Source of the DNA: an uncultured Candidatus Binatia bacterium | GTDB taxonomy: Bacteria > Desulfobacterota > Binatia > Bin18 | Direction: 5' to 3' | Length of the DNA: 64,000 nt | Assembly (NCBI GenBank): GCA_965214605.1 | Contig: OZ243961.1 | Location: 352,001-416,000, forward strand | Shown here: piece by piece, positions 63,540 through 64,000 of the stretch | Layout: each line of letters opens with the position of its first letter | Numbering within the stretch: the stretch's first letter is position 1 | Made by a program: the position numbers and the translations under genes | The notes under the pieces: generated by a model | The model's input: the letters and a program-made list of their open reading frames with translations, nothing else | Told to the model about the DNA's origin: nothing | The model's database searches: none

Positions 63540-63956
63540 TTAGCCCACCGCGTCCAAACCAGCTTGGGCGCAGGCGATATCCTGCTCCACGGTCCCGCCA
63601 CTGACCCCGATTGCCCCGACCACGGCATCGCCACTGCGAATCGGCAGCCCACCGCCGAAGGTCACAATGCGGGGAATATGGGGTACGCCAGCCAAGAGGG
63701 CGGGATCGTTCTTGATAAAATCGAAAAATTCGTGTGACGGCATACCAAATAATGCGGTATAGGCTTTATTTTGGGACACCTCAATACTGACCAAGGGGGT
63801 GCCGTCCATGCGGCAAAACGCTTTCAGCAAGCCGCTTTCGTCAAGAACAGCCACCACCTGAGCGACGCCAAGCTCTTCAGCCTTGGCAACCGCCGCAGCC
63901 ACCATCTTTTGCGCCATGCCGGACGTAATACTCTGTTTGATAAATGTGTCTGCCAT
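63540..63956 (-). CDS. GlcG/HbpS-family heme-binding protein
   Basis: VAVLDESG, NKAYTA, GGGLPI, GAIGVSGG..EQD. Confidence 0.9.
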   Translation of the reverse strand: MADTFIKQSITSGMAQKMVAAAVAKAEELGVAQVVAVLDESGLLKAFCRMDGTPLVSIEVSQNKAYTALFGMPSHEFFDFIKNDPALLAGVPHIPRIVTFGGGLPIRSGDAVVGAIGVSGGTVEQDIACAQAGLDAVG

Positions 63957-64000
63957 ACCGTCTCCTTCCTATGAGATCCTACGATCCGAGTGTCCAAGAT

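Noticed and set aside
1-64000. CRISPR arrays, rRNA, tRNA, intact transposases, reverse transcriptases
   Set aside because: None seen by eye; a covariance-model scan would be needed to exclude small RNAs

Overview
GC-rich bacterial chromosome segment. The gene complement (DUF1329 protein, many LLM monooxygenases, amidohydrolases and alpha/beta hydrolases, a copper membrane monooxygenase, an ankyrin lipoprotein) suggests, by inference only, a Binatota-like and possibly host-associated lineage. Recognisable core genes are ilvD, argJ, secA and gnd. Main points: (1) a divergent CuMMO (pmoCAB-type) operon with an intact-looking pmoC, where one deletion has fused the start of pmoA to the body of pmoB; (2) a SelW/Rdx selenoprotein (CxxU) with a SECIS-like hairpin that the ORF track misses; (3) three copies of a membrane glycosyltransferase gene arranged as inverted repeats around ilvD, plus an inverted duplicate of the ilvD 3' end about 21 kb away, the most complete copy being split by a 26-nt G tract; (4) a decayed island (about 27.9-35.9 kb) with an integrase remnant and a broken type I R-M system, in which Kiwa-like kwaAB and a HEPN-MNT pair are still intact; (5) a SecA with an insertion region of about 280 aa; (6) a parS-like site and a sigma54 promoter with an upstream palindrome; (7) many pseudogenes formed by large internal deletions. 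All calls come from motif reading by eye; no searches were run.
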